Origin: an uncultured Chitinophagales bacterium
GTDB taxonomy: Bacteria; Bacteroidota; Bacteroidia; Chitinophagales; S012-47
NCBI GenBank assembly: GCA_964413685.1
Contig: CAYPSW010000005.1
Span: 35,394-99,393 of the forward strand
DNA: 64,000 nt
Direction: 5' to 3'
The notes beneath the pieces are model-generated. The model worked only from the letters and a program-made list of their open reading frames with translations, did not search any database and was not told where the DNA came from. Below, piece after piece: positions 9,153 through 17,701 of this stretch (position 1 is its first letter; the number at the start of each line of letters is the position of its first letter). A program made the translations under genes and the position numbers.

Positions 9153-11132
9153 ATGTTGAACAACCCGTCAGAAGGCAAATTATTGTGGGAACCCTCTCCC
9201 GAATTTATGAACGATTCAAACCTCAGTAAGTATTGTGCCTGGTTGAAACACAGGCATAAACTGAGCTTTGCCAATTACGATGAACTCTGGCAATGGTCGG
9301 TGGATCAACCGGAAACTTTCTGGGAAAGTATCTGGCAGTTTTTTGAAATCAAAGCGTACCGGCAATACAGTGCTGTTATGAGCAACCATGAGATGCCCGG
9401 AGTGCATTGGTTTGAAGGATCGACCCTGAACTATGCCGAGCATATTTTCAGAAAAAAAGCGAAGAAGCGCCCGGCCTTTATGTTTGAATCTGAAACAAAT
9501 GATTTGCAGGAAATTAGCTGGGATGAACTGGAAGAGAAAACCGCTGCACTGGCTGGCTGGCTTACAGAAGCAGGCATCCGGAAAGGCGATCGCGTAGTCG
9601 CTTTTTTGCCCAATACCCCTTATGCGGCTATCGGATTTCTGGCCGCTGCCAGCATCGGAGCCATCTGGTCGAGCTGCTCGCCCGATTTCGGATTCGATAG
9701 CGTTATTGACCGGTTTAAACAAATAGAACCCACCGTATTGCTGGCCGTTGATGGTTATACCTACAACGGGAAAGCCTTTGATAAAACGGAGGAAGTCAGA
9801 AAAATCTGCCAGGAGCTGAGCAGTCTGGAACAGGTAATCGGTATTCCTTATCTTTCAAAAAAACCGGAATTTAATATCCTGAAACTTACCCTTTGGGATG
9901 AAGTAATGGCCACAGCCCACGAGACCTTAGGTTTCGAAGCATTGCCTTTCGACCATCCGATTTGGATATTATATTCATCAGGAACCACCGGAATTCCTAA
10001 AGCTATCACTCATTCGCATGGTGGTGTTTTGATTGAACATCTGAAACTGATGTCATTGCAAAACGATTGCCGCGAGGGAGACCGCTTTTTTTGGTATAGC
10101 ACTACGGGATGGATGATGTGGAATATCGTCATGGCCTCCTTGCTTTGCGGAAGCACCGGAATTTTGTATGACGGTAGCTTGGCCTATCCCGATATCAATA
10201 AACTATGGGAATTGGCAGAGCGGTCAAAAATGACTTCTATGGGCATCAGTGCCGGATATGTAAGTGCCTGCATGAAACTAGCCGCCAAACCCGGTAAATA
10301 TGATTTATCAGCACTCAGAATGATTGGATCAACAGGATCACCTCTGGCACCGGAAGGATTTGACTGGTTATACAATAATGTAAAAAAAGACCTTTGGTTG
10401 GTATCGCTCAGTGGTGGCACTGATGTATGTAGTGCTTTTGTCGGAGGAGCTCCTACCTTGCCTGTTTATAGTGGAGAAATTCAATGTCGTGCTTTGGGCT
10501 GCCAAATTGAAGCGTATGATTTGTTGGGTGAACCCGTTATTGATGAAGTAGGTGAATTGGTATTAACGGCTCCTATGCCTTCTATGCCGGTTTTTTTCTG
10601 GAACGATCCAGATAATAAACGCTATCTCAGCAGCTATTTCGATATGTTTCCCGGTATATGGCGTCATGGCGATTGGATAAAAATAACACATAAAGGAAGT
10701 TTGATTATTTACGGTAGAAGCGATGCTACCCTCAACCGGCAAGGCATCCGAATCGGGACAAGTGAGGTGTATCGGGCGCTTGATGATGTGCCCGGAATCA
10801 GCGATAGTTTGATTGTTGGCATCGAAATGCCCGGTGGAGATTATTACATGCCTCTGTTCGTGATGCTGTACAAAGACCATGTTTTGGACGATGCGCTGAA
10901 GAAAAAAATCAACAGCACCATTCGTCAAAAATTCAGCCCGCGACATGTACCCGATGAAATTCTGGAAATCCCGGATATTCCATACACCCTTAGCGGTAAA
11001 AAGATGGAAACTCCCGTCAAGCGTTTCCTGCAAGGAGCACCGCTTGAAAAAGCCGTTAATCTAGGCTCTTTACGGAATCCTGATTCCTTTGATTATTTTA
11101 AAAATCATCGGGAATCATTAGTGAAAAGATAA
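9153..11132 (+). CDS. Acetoacetate--CoA ligase (AMP-forming acyl-CoA synthetase)
   Basis: LYSSGTTGIPKAITHSHGG, YSTTGWMMWN, SLSGGTDVCSAF, GRSDATLNRQGIRIGT and SGKKME motifs of the acetoacetyl-CoA synthetase subfamily. Confidence 0.9.
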   Translation: MLNNPSEGKLLWEPSPEFMNDSNLSKYCAWLKHRHKLSFANYDELWQWSVDQPETFWESIWQFFEIKAYRQYSAVMSNHEMPGVHWFEGSTLNYAEHIFRKKAKKRPAFMFESETNDLQEISWDELEEKTAALAGWLTEAGIRKGDRVVAFLPNTPYAAIGFLAAASIGAIWSSCSPDFGFDSVIDRFKQIEPTVLLAVDGYTYNGKAFDKTEEVRKICQELSSLEQVIGIPYLSKKPEFNILKLTLWDEVMATAHETLGFEALPFDHPIWILYSSGTTGIPKAITHSHGGVLIEHLKLMSLQNDCREGDRFFWYSTTGWMMWNIVMASLLCGSTGILYDGSLAYPDINKLWELAERSKMTSMGISAGYVSACMKLAAKPGKYDLSALRMIGSTGSPLAPEGFDWLYNNVKKDLWLVSLSGGTDVCSAFVGGAPTLPVYSGEIQCRALGCQIEAYDLLGEPVIDEVGELVLTAPMPSMPVFFWNDPDNKRYLSSYFDMFPGIWRHGDWIKITHKGSLIIYGRSDATLNRQGIRIGTSEVYRALDDVPGISDSLIVGIEMPGGDYYMPLFVMLYKDHVLDDALKKKINSTIRQKFSPRHVPDEILEIPDIPYTLSGKKMETPVKRFLQGAPLEKAVNLGSLRNPDSFDYFKNHRESLVKR

Positions 11133-11178
11133 AGCATACCGGACATCTGGTCTGGTTTGCATAATGAAACTCAGGGGC

Positions 11179-12084
11179 TTATTTCTTCTGATACATAGGA
11201 TGAAACTGAATCAGGGTGTCGCGGAGGAATTGCCGGTCGAGATGAGTATAAATTTCGGTGGTGGTGATAGATTCGTGGCCCAGCATTTCCTGTACCGCCC
11301 GGAGGTCTGCACCACCCTCAACCAGATGGGTAGCAAAACTGTGACGAAAGGTATGCGGACTGATACTTTTTGTGATTCCGGCTTCTTTGGCCAATCTTTT
11401 TATGGTTGTAAAAACCGTTGTCCGGCTCAGCTGTCGCCCGAATTTATTGAGAAAAATAAAGTCTTTGTCATCGGGATCAATATCCAACTGCCTTCGTGCT
11501 CCTTCCAGATAAATCAGGATGTATTTCCTCGCCTGTTCACCCATGGGAACGAGCCGTTCTTTGCTTCCTTTGCCCATCACCCGCAGGAATCCGATATCAG
11601 GAAAGTAATCTGATATTTTGAGGTTCACCAGCTCTGATACGCGCAAACCGCAACCATAGAGTGCTTCGAGAATGGCCCGGCTGCGTTCACCTTCCGGTGT
11701 GGAGTGGTCGATAGTGGCAAAAAGCGATTCAACTTCGGCCAGACTAAGTACCTGAGGAAGTTTTCTGGCCAATTTCGGTCCCTCAATTACTTCTGTTGGG
11801 CTGTGGTCTATCAGGTCTTCATAAAGCAGATATTTATAGAAAGATTTCACCCCGGACAGGATGCGGGCTTGGCTACGGTCTGAGATGTCCTCATCCTGAA
11901 GCCAGGCCATAAAATTATCCAGATCATCGGCCAGAATTTTTTCAGGACCGCCCGCTTGATTATTGATGGCCCATTTATGCAGTTTGCGAATATCCCGCAG
12001 ATAGGCATCCACTGAGTTTGCTGATAAGGAACGCTCAAGGGTAAGATACCCTTTAAATCCGTTTATTGTAGTGCCCCAATCCAT
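11179..12084 (-). CDS. xerD: Site-specific tyrosine recombinase XerD
   Basis: 301 aa; LRVSEL, GKGSKER, HTFRHSFATH and LGHESITTTEIY catalytic motifs; N-terminal SAM-like domain. Confidence 0.93.
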   Translation of the reverse strand: MDWGTTINGFKGYLTLERSLSANSVDAYLRDIRKLHKWAINNQAGGPEKILADDLDNFMAWLQDEDISDRSQARILSGVKSFYKYLLYEDLIDHSPTEVIEGPKLARKLPQVLSLAEVESLFATIDHSTPEGERSRAILEALYGCGLRVSELVNLKISDYFPDIGFLRVMGKGSKERLVPMGEQARKYILIYLEGARRQLDIDPDDKDFIFLNKFGRQLSRTTVFTTIKRLAKEAGITKSISPHTFRHSFATHLVEGGADLRAVQEMLGHESITTTEIYTHLDRQFLRDTLIQFHPMYQKK

Positions 12085-12435
12085 GCAGCTGTGAACGGAA
12101 TATTATGTTAAGTTGTTTCACGGGAGCAATAAGCGATGTCTATGATTACATGTTGTTAAAAAAAGCGTTTGTGCTGAAAACAAAAACAATATTTAATTTT
12201 AGAATATGAATATGCTTGTGTCTATCTGCCTGGAAGCATATACACAAAATATATTAGCAAATTATTTGGAGAATCAAATAAAACTTTTTGATATGGCAGG
12301 CAAACTGATTGATCAGGGACAACTGAATAAAGATACCGTTTTTGAATGAAATGCCGCTTCGGGTAGTCAGGGTCTTTACTCATGGAAAATAAAGACGATT
12401 AGCGGTGATATGAGTGGAAAAATAGTTCTCCTTCG

Positions 12436-13860
12436 CTAAACGCTAAGCAATTCATTGATCTTGGCCAATAACCAGGTTTTATTAGCTACCGCTTCTTTGA
12501 GTTCAATTTCGGGCTTTAACTTTTCGACAAATTCTTTCCTGCGATAGCGATATTTTAATAATCTCTTGGCATAATGTAGGAAATTGGAATAGCTTTTCAT
12601 CTGGTATTTTGAGATAGATTTGTTTCGTCTTAAGTAAGCATAAAAGGCTTCGATTAAACTATAGAGTGGGTCACTTTCTTCCATCTCATAATAAGTTTTC
12701 ATTAAAAGGGATTTTGAATCGAGATGATAATAGACATCGGTGAAAAGCACATCTTTGAGCAAGTTCAGTGTTTTATCGTATTGTTTAATGTGGAAATGAT
12801 ACAGGGCCAGGTTATAGGTAAAAGCGTTTTTGCGATCCTGAGGAATCAGGGTTTTTTGGTAATCTACGATAAAGTTCTTTACCCAATCAAACGCTTTCAG
12901 CCGAAGCCCCGTTGCAACAATATTTTTATAGTCCCATTGGGATAAATAACCCTTACGGAAAATGATTTTTTTCTCAATCAGGGTTTTATATAATTCGAAG
13001 AGTTCCTCAAGGTAGTCTGCTCGGCCGAGATTTATTTTCTTTACACAATAATTTCTGGCATAGACATACATGTCGTTGATGACACTGGCTGAGAGCTGAT
13101 TGATCTGAAGCAGTAGTTTTTCTTTTAAGCGGGTATAATGTGTCTCGTCTTCGCTATCGAGCAAAGTTTTCAGAATCTGATAATAGATTGAGATTTCCGG
13201 TACATTATCATGATCGTGAGATTCTAGGTAAGTGAGAATTTCCTTGAGAAGCAAAGGCTCAAATTCTCCAGCCATCAAATTGGTATGGTTGATCAACTCG
13301 GCTGAATACTGTAATTTATTGATGATATAGTAAATGTCGAGATCCCGGATAATTTCCCGGAGGTTGTCTTCAACAGAAATCTCGCGTTTGTCGGGATTAT
13401 GATTATAAACATCTAGCTGATAAAGAAATGATTGCCGGTAATGCCTGCCGTTTTGATAGGGATTATCCTCAAAGAGCTTTTTTTCTTTTTGCAATAATTG
13501 TTTGTCAAATTGGCTGATATTTCTGGATCGATAAGCATCCAAAAGAAAGTGTTGCTTGCTAAATGTATCTTTTTCAAATGTGCTGTAAGCCAGAAAATTT
13601 TCGAGCAAAGAAGTGAGGTCTGAACTCAGGTATCTGAGCTTTTGTTCGTGGATGTTTTTGTCATTAAACAAGCTTTGATATACTTTTTTCCGGTCTGTTT
13701 GCTCGGGAGAAAACCGGGGATAGGCTTTCACTAGAAGCTGAAGCAATTGATTGACTTTTGAATTTTTATTAAAAAATGGGGATGCAGTGAATTCGATAAA
13801 ATGATTGAGTTCAACTTTGCTAAGCGACTTTAATAAGACAATTAATTTACTCTGATGCAT
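12436..13860 (-). CDS. Uncharacterised cytoplasmic all-helical protein (possible N-terminal winged-helix plus TPR-like repeats)
   Basis: 474-aa ORF with no signal peptide or TM helix; SPFFN motif near the N-terminus; TPR-like segments such as AFTYNLALYHFHIKQYDKTLNLLKDV. Confidence 0.75.
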   Translation of the reverse strand: MHQSKLIVLLKSLSKVELNHFIEFTASPFFNKNSKVNQLLQLLVKAYPRFSPEQTDRKKVYQSLFNDKNIHEQKLRYLSSDLTSLLENFLAYSTFEKDTFSKQHFLLDAYRSRNISQFDKQLLQKEKKLFEDNPYQNGRHYRQSFLYQLDVYNHNPDKREISVEDNLREIIRDLDIYYIINKLQYSAELINHTNLMAGEFEPLLLKEILTYLESHDHDNVPEISIYYQILKTLLDSEDETHYTRLKEKLLLQINQLSASVINDMYVYARNYCVKKINLGRADYLEELFELYKTLIEKKIIFRKGYLSQWDYKNIVATGLRLKAFDWVKNFIVDYQKTLIPQDRKNAFTYNLALYHFHIKQYDKTLNLLKDVLFTDVYYHLDSKSLLMKTYYEMEESDPLYSLIEAFYAYLRRNKSISKYQMKSYSNFLHYAKRLLKYRYRRKEFVEKLKPEIELKEAVANKTWLLAKINELLSV

Positions 13861-14114
13861 AGTCAGGTAAAAGTAGGCAAAACAAAAAAAAATAACGATA
13901 AAACAATTAGTATGACAAAATATGAATAGTAATAAAACAAAGAAAAACAGCCTTAAGTAATTAATTGTTCATCTATTGAAAATGATTTACTGGCTGACAT
14001 TTAGCGATAAGCTGTGGAAAATGTTTTGTTTAGTGTTTAAAAAAAGTGTAAATTTAATGCTGAAAACAATTGAACTTTCTTAGGTTAAACTATTGTTTTA
14101 AAAATAAATCGACT

Positions 14115-14645
14115 ATGAAACGAATCATTTATACTTTGGCTTTGGTCTGTTTGACAAGTGTCGCTTTCAGCCAGCAAAGTGTGCTGGATCCGAATGGGTC
14201 AGGTTCTCCAAGCAGACCGGTAATAGATAATATTTCTGCCAACAGCATAGGTATTGGTATCATTAACGAAAGAGAATTAGTGCTTTCTTCCGGTACTAAA
14301 AATGGTGCCGACAATGGACATCTTGATCCTCAAAATAATGATGGGAACGGAATTCAGGGAAGTGATGCTGCGGGAGGTTTTGTTGATAAGATATTTGAAA
14401 GCATCAAGGAGAATATGAAAATGTATCCTAACCCGGCAAACGATTATGTGATTATTAATTTGGGTGAATATGCAGAAGTTGAGATATCGATTCTTAATAT
14501 CATCGGGAAAAGGGTTTATTACCTGAAAGAGGAAACAAATATGAAGACCATTGCGCTGGATCAATTGCCACAGGGGTCTTATTTCCTGACCATCAGAAGA
14601 GGAGAAAATATCATCGCCAAACGATTAGAGATTTCGGGAAATTAA
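14115..14645 (+). CDS. Small T9SS type-A sorting domain protein (176 aa)
   Basis: Start moved to ATG 14115; signal peptide MKRIIYTLALVCLTSVAFS; CTD from MYPNPANDY through LPQGSYFLTI to AKRLEI. Confidence 0.88.
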   Translation: MKRIIYTLALVCLTSVAFSQQSVLDPNGSGSPSRPVIDNISANSIGIGIINERELVLSSGTKNGADNGHLDPQNNDGNGIQGSDAAGGFVDKIFESIKENMKMYPNPANDYVIINLGEYAEVEISILNIIGKRVYYLKEETNMKTIALDQLPQGSYFLTIRRGENIIAKRLEISGN

Positions 14646-14669
14646 CAAGATACAAGATAAAAATGAGTG

Positions 14670-14700
14670 AAGCTGGCTATCTGTGATAGCCAGCTTTTTT
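14670..14700 (+). terminator. Rho-independent terminator
   Basis: AGCTGGCTATC-TGT-GATAGCCAGCT followed by a T-tract. Confidence 0.85.
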
Positions 14701-15181
14701 GTTAATCTGCCCGACAAAGTCATTTATTTGTCAGAAATAATTTTGCCTGTTTTTGTGTTCTGTCAACTCATTGTAAAAATAATTTTATCCATACGGCTTA
14801 TAGTTTGCCCTAAAACTAGCTGATATCCGAATCAAAATGTAGTTGTCCTTATTCAAAAAGGGGAATAACTTGAGTTTAAATTAAATTCAGGTGATTATGA
14901 TTTACTCAGCTACCCGTTTTTTATTACCCTTTGTTTTACTTGTTCATTTAGTAAGTCAAATCCTTTTGGCCAATATTTTTTCGGGTCATTATCTGCCTCA
15001 TCAAACAAAACAAAGCAAAGTTATTTTAGAGCAGAAAGCTTCCACATCCGATTCATTTGTTAAGAATGCTGAAATACTCAGGGAATTGCATCAATTCACC
15101 ATGCTGAATATTAGTGAAGTTGATTAAGCTGTCATAAAATGCGTATAATAGCGTTCTGAAGAAATACGCATCTTTCCCTGC

Positions 15182-15805
15182 ATGAAAATTCGTTTAATTA
15201 CTTTCATATTATTTGCTTCTTTCATAGCCCATGCCAGAGCGCAGGATTCCAGATTGCTACAGGTCACAGGTCTTGTGATGACCACGGATAGCCTGAGAGC
15301 TATTCCTTTCACCCATGTTTTTATAAAGTCGAGCGGAAGAGGCGTGGTTTGCAATTATGAAGGATTTTTTTCGATGGTAGTTGATAAAGGAGACACGCTG
15401 GTGTTTTCAAGTGTGGGGTTTAAAGAGGCCGAATATATAGTTCCTGAAAATTTGGATCATAGCCGATACAGTATGGTGAAACTTATGTCAAGAGACACGA
15501 TCTATTTAGCTGAAACCATTATTTATCCATGGCCCAGCCAGGAAGAATTTAAGCATGCTTTTTTAACGCTGAATATTCCTGATGATGATCTGGAAAGAGC
15601 CAAGAAGAATTTAGATCGGGAATTGATGAAGGATCTTGCTCAGCAAATGCCTCAGGATGCCAATGAGTCGCAGGATTATTACCAAAGGAAGGAAGCAGAC
15701 CGCTATTATTATTACGGGCAACAAGCTCCTGAGAATATTTTCAGCCCATTGGCCTGGGCACAATTTTTCAAGGCATGGAAAAGGGGAGATTTTAAGCAGA
15801 AATAA
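15182..15805 (+). CDS. Secreted carboxypeptidase-regulatory-like domain protein
   Basis: Signal peptide, then QVTGLVMTTDSLRAIPFTHV...EGFFSMVV...LVFSSVGF, the CarboxypepD_reg-like pattern. Confidence 0.8.
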   Translation: MKIRLITFILFASFIAHARAQDSRLLQVTGLVMTTDSLRAIPFTHVFIKSSGRGVVCNYEGFFSMVVDKGDTLVFSSVGFKEAEYIVPENLDHSRYSMVKLMSRDTIYLAETIIYPWPSQEEFKHAFLTLNIPDDDLERAKKNLDRELMKDLAQQMPQDANESQDYYQRKEADRYYYYGQQAPENIFSPLAWAQFFKAWKRGDFKQK

Positions 15806-15810
15806 TCCAA

Positions 15811-16371
15811 TTATCTGACCTTGGAAGCCAAAGGATATTTCATTTTATACGATGGATTTACATTGCCCTTACTTATCTGCATCAGTTTCTTCTTCAGCAA
15901 TCTTTTTCTAAGCGGTTTTACGAGATCCGTAAACATTATTCCTTCTGTATGATCATATTCATGTTGAATAACACGGGCATTCATGTCTTCAAAAACCTCT
16001 TCATGTTTTTTAAAACTGGTGTCGAAATATTCGATACGAACGCTGGAAGGGCGCAGCACGTTTTCACGAATAAAGGGGATGCTAAGGCAACCTTCTTCCA
16101 ATTCTTCATTGGGGCCAAATCGCTCCAGAATGCGGGCATTAATAAATACTTTTTTAATACCGGTAGGTTCTTCATCCATCTGCGATGAATCGACTAAAAA
16201 CAGGCGAATGGCCAAACCAATTTGCGGGGCGGCCAGGCCTATGCCATGAGATCTGTACATGGTTTCGAACATATTCTCTATCAATTCCTTCATTCCAGGA
16301 TAATCCTGGCCAATGTTTTTACCAACTTTTCTTAATACCGGGTCACCATATGCTATTACAGGTAAAATCAT
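15811..16371 (-). CDS. def: Peptide deformylase
   Basis: GIGLAAPQ, EGCLS and HEYDH motifs. Confidence 0.97.
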   Translation of the reverse strand: MILPVIAYGDPVLRKVGKNIGQDYPGMKELIENMFETMYRSHGIGLAAPQIGLAIRLFLVDSSQMDEEPTGIKKVFINARILERFGPNEELEEGCLSIPFIRENVLRPSSVRIEYFDTSFKKHEEVFEDMNARVIQHEYDHTEGIMFTDLVKPLRKRLLKKKLMQISKGNVNPSYKMKYPLASKVR

Positions 16372-16787
16372 AATGCTTGTTTTCTATCCAGATATGACTG
16401 CAAAATAATAGCTGCAGAAATCATATCCAGGTTTTCTTTTTTTTGTCGATCCTTTTTTTTATATCCGGCTTCAATCATACTTCGGGCAGCCATTTTTGAA
16501 GTGTATCTCTCATCTTCCCAATAAATCGGAATACCAGGAAATTGCTTTTGTAATTTTTTAGCAAATTGACGTGCCTGAGCAGCGGGCTGGGCAGGTGTAT
16601 CATCCAGATTCAAAGGATCTCCAATAACAAAACATTCAACCAAATCTCCGCCTAAAAAGTTTTTTAAATAGTCAATCACCTTGTCCGGTGCCAGTGTTGT
16701 TAATGGGGAGGCAATGATTTGCAAGGGATCGGTGCTGGCAATGCCGACCCTTTTTGTGCCATAATCAATACCGATAATTCTACTCAT
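16368..16787 (-). CDS. ruvX: Holliday junction resolvase-like / pre-16S rRNA nuclease YqgF
   Basis: IGIDYGTKRVGIA, DERYTS and DMISAAIILQSYL motifs. Confidence 0.95.
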   Translation of the reverse strand: MSRIIGIDYGTKRVGIASTDPLQIIASPLTTLAPDKVIDYLKNFLGGDLVECFVIGDPLNLDDTPAQPAAQARQFAKKLQKQFPGIPIYWEDERYTSKMAARSMIEAGYKKKDRQKKENLDMISAAIILQSYLDRKQAL

Positions 16788-16817
16788 GAGCCGGCAAAGT
16801 TACACGAAAATCAAATT

Positions 16818-17672
16818 TTAATATTGCAACCAAAGATCAAAAATCATGAGACCGGCAAATAGAACGGAAGCCACTCCATTGGTAGTGAAAAAGGCAAGAT
16901 TAACTTTGCTGAGTTTATCTGGTCGAACCAGACTGTGCTGGTAAATCAGCAGGATAATAAAAATGAGGCAAGCAGCCCAATATATTAATCCAAATCCAGC
17001 CAGATAACCGGCAAGCAATATAGTTGAAGCACTTATGAAATGCAGGAATATGGAAAGTTTCAGGGCATTTTTTCCACCCAATCTAACCGGTATCGAATGT
17101 AAATTCTGTTCTTTATCAAAGTCCTCATCCTGCATGGCATAAATAATATCAAAACCTGCCACCCAGGTCAAGACAGTAATAGAAAAGAGCATGGGTAAAT
17201 AATGAAATTGACCACTAACAGAGAGATAGGCTCCGATAGGGGCCAGGGCCAAGCCGAGGCCCAGAACAAAATGGCTGAGTGCGGTGAATCTTTTAGTATA
17301 ACTATACGCGAGAACGATAAGCAGTGCCACAGGCGAAAGGTAAAAACAAAGCGAATTGATAAACCAGGTACATACAATAAATGCCATGCTATTGATCCAC
17401 ACAAACAACGTGGCCGATTGAAGCGAAACTTGACCACTTGGGATTTCCCGTTTTACCGTGCGAGGATTCATGCGGTCAATTTTATGATCTGCGAGTCGGT
17501 TGAAAGACATGGCCGCATTTCTTGCGAAAACCATACACAATAAGACCAATATTAGCAGGCTCAGGTTAAAGGTATAATGATGATACCAGACAGCTAGGAA
17601 AAAACCGACCATAGCAAAGGGCATGGCGAAGATTGTATGGCTGAATTTGACCAGCGATAAATAGCGTTTCAT
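16818..17672 (-). CDS. UbiA-family prenyltransferase of the MqnP type
   Basis: LVKFSHTIFAMPFA, ARNAAMSFNRLADHKIDRMNPRT and GFDIIYAMQDEDFD; multiple TM helices. Confidence 0.85.
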   Translation of the reverse strand: MKRYLSLVKFSHTIFAMPFAMVGFFLAVWYHHYTFNLSLLILVLLCMVFARNAAMSFNRLADHKIDRMNPRTVKREIPSGQVSLQSATLFVWINSMAFIVCTWFINSLCFYLSPVALLIVLAYSYTKRFTALSHFVLGLGLALAPIGAYLSVSGQFHYLPMLFSITVLTWVAGFDIIYAMQDEDFDKEQNLHSIPVRLGGKNALKLSIFLHFISASTILLAGYLAGFGLIYWAACLIFIILLIYQHSLVRPDKLSKVNLAFFTTNGVASVLFAGLMIFDLWLQY

Positions 17673-17701
17673 CTTAGAGCAAAGGTAGCAATTTGCCTGC
17701 T

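Noticed and set aside
11179-12084. Tyrosine recombinase as the integrase of a mobile element
   Set aside because: Length and motifs fit chromosomal XerD, and there are no att repeats, phage genes or transfer genes nearby
12086-12113. A complete dif site
   Set aside because: Only the XerD-like arm matches; the other arm (CAGCTGTGAAC) lacks the ATAA expected of a XerC arm
12354-12406. Nested stems CCGCT/AGCGG and GTCTTTA/TAAAGAC as a riboswitch or ncRNA
   Set aside because: The stems are short, with no known-family motif and no promoter or terminator context
14013-14021. DnaA boxes (TGTGGAAAA here, TTATCCACA at 58594) as an origin of replication
   Set aside because: The boxes are isolated and unclustered, with no dnaA, gidA or similar genes nearby
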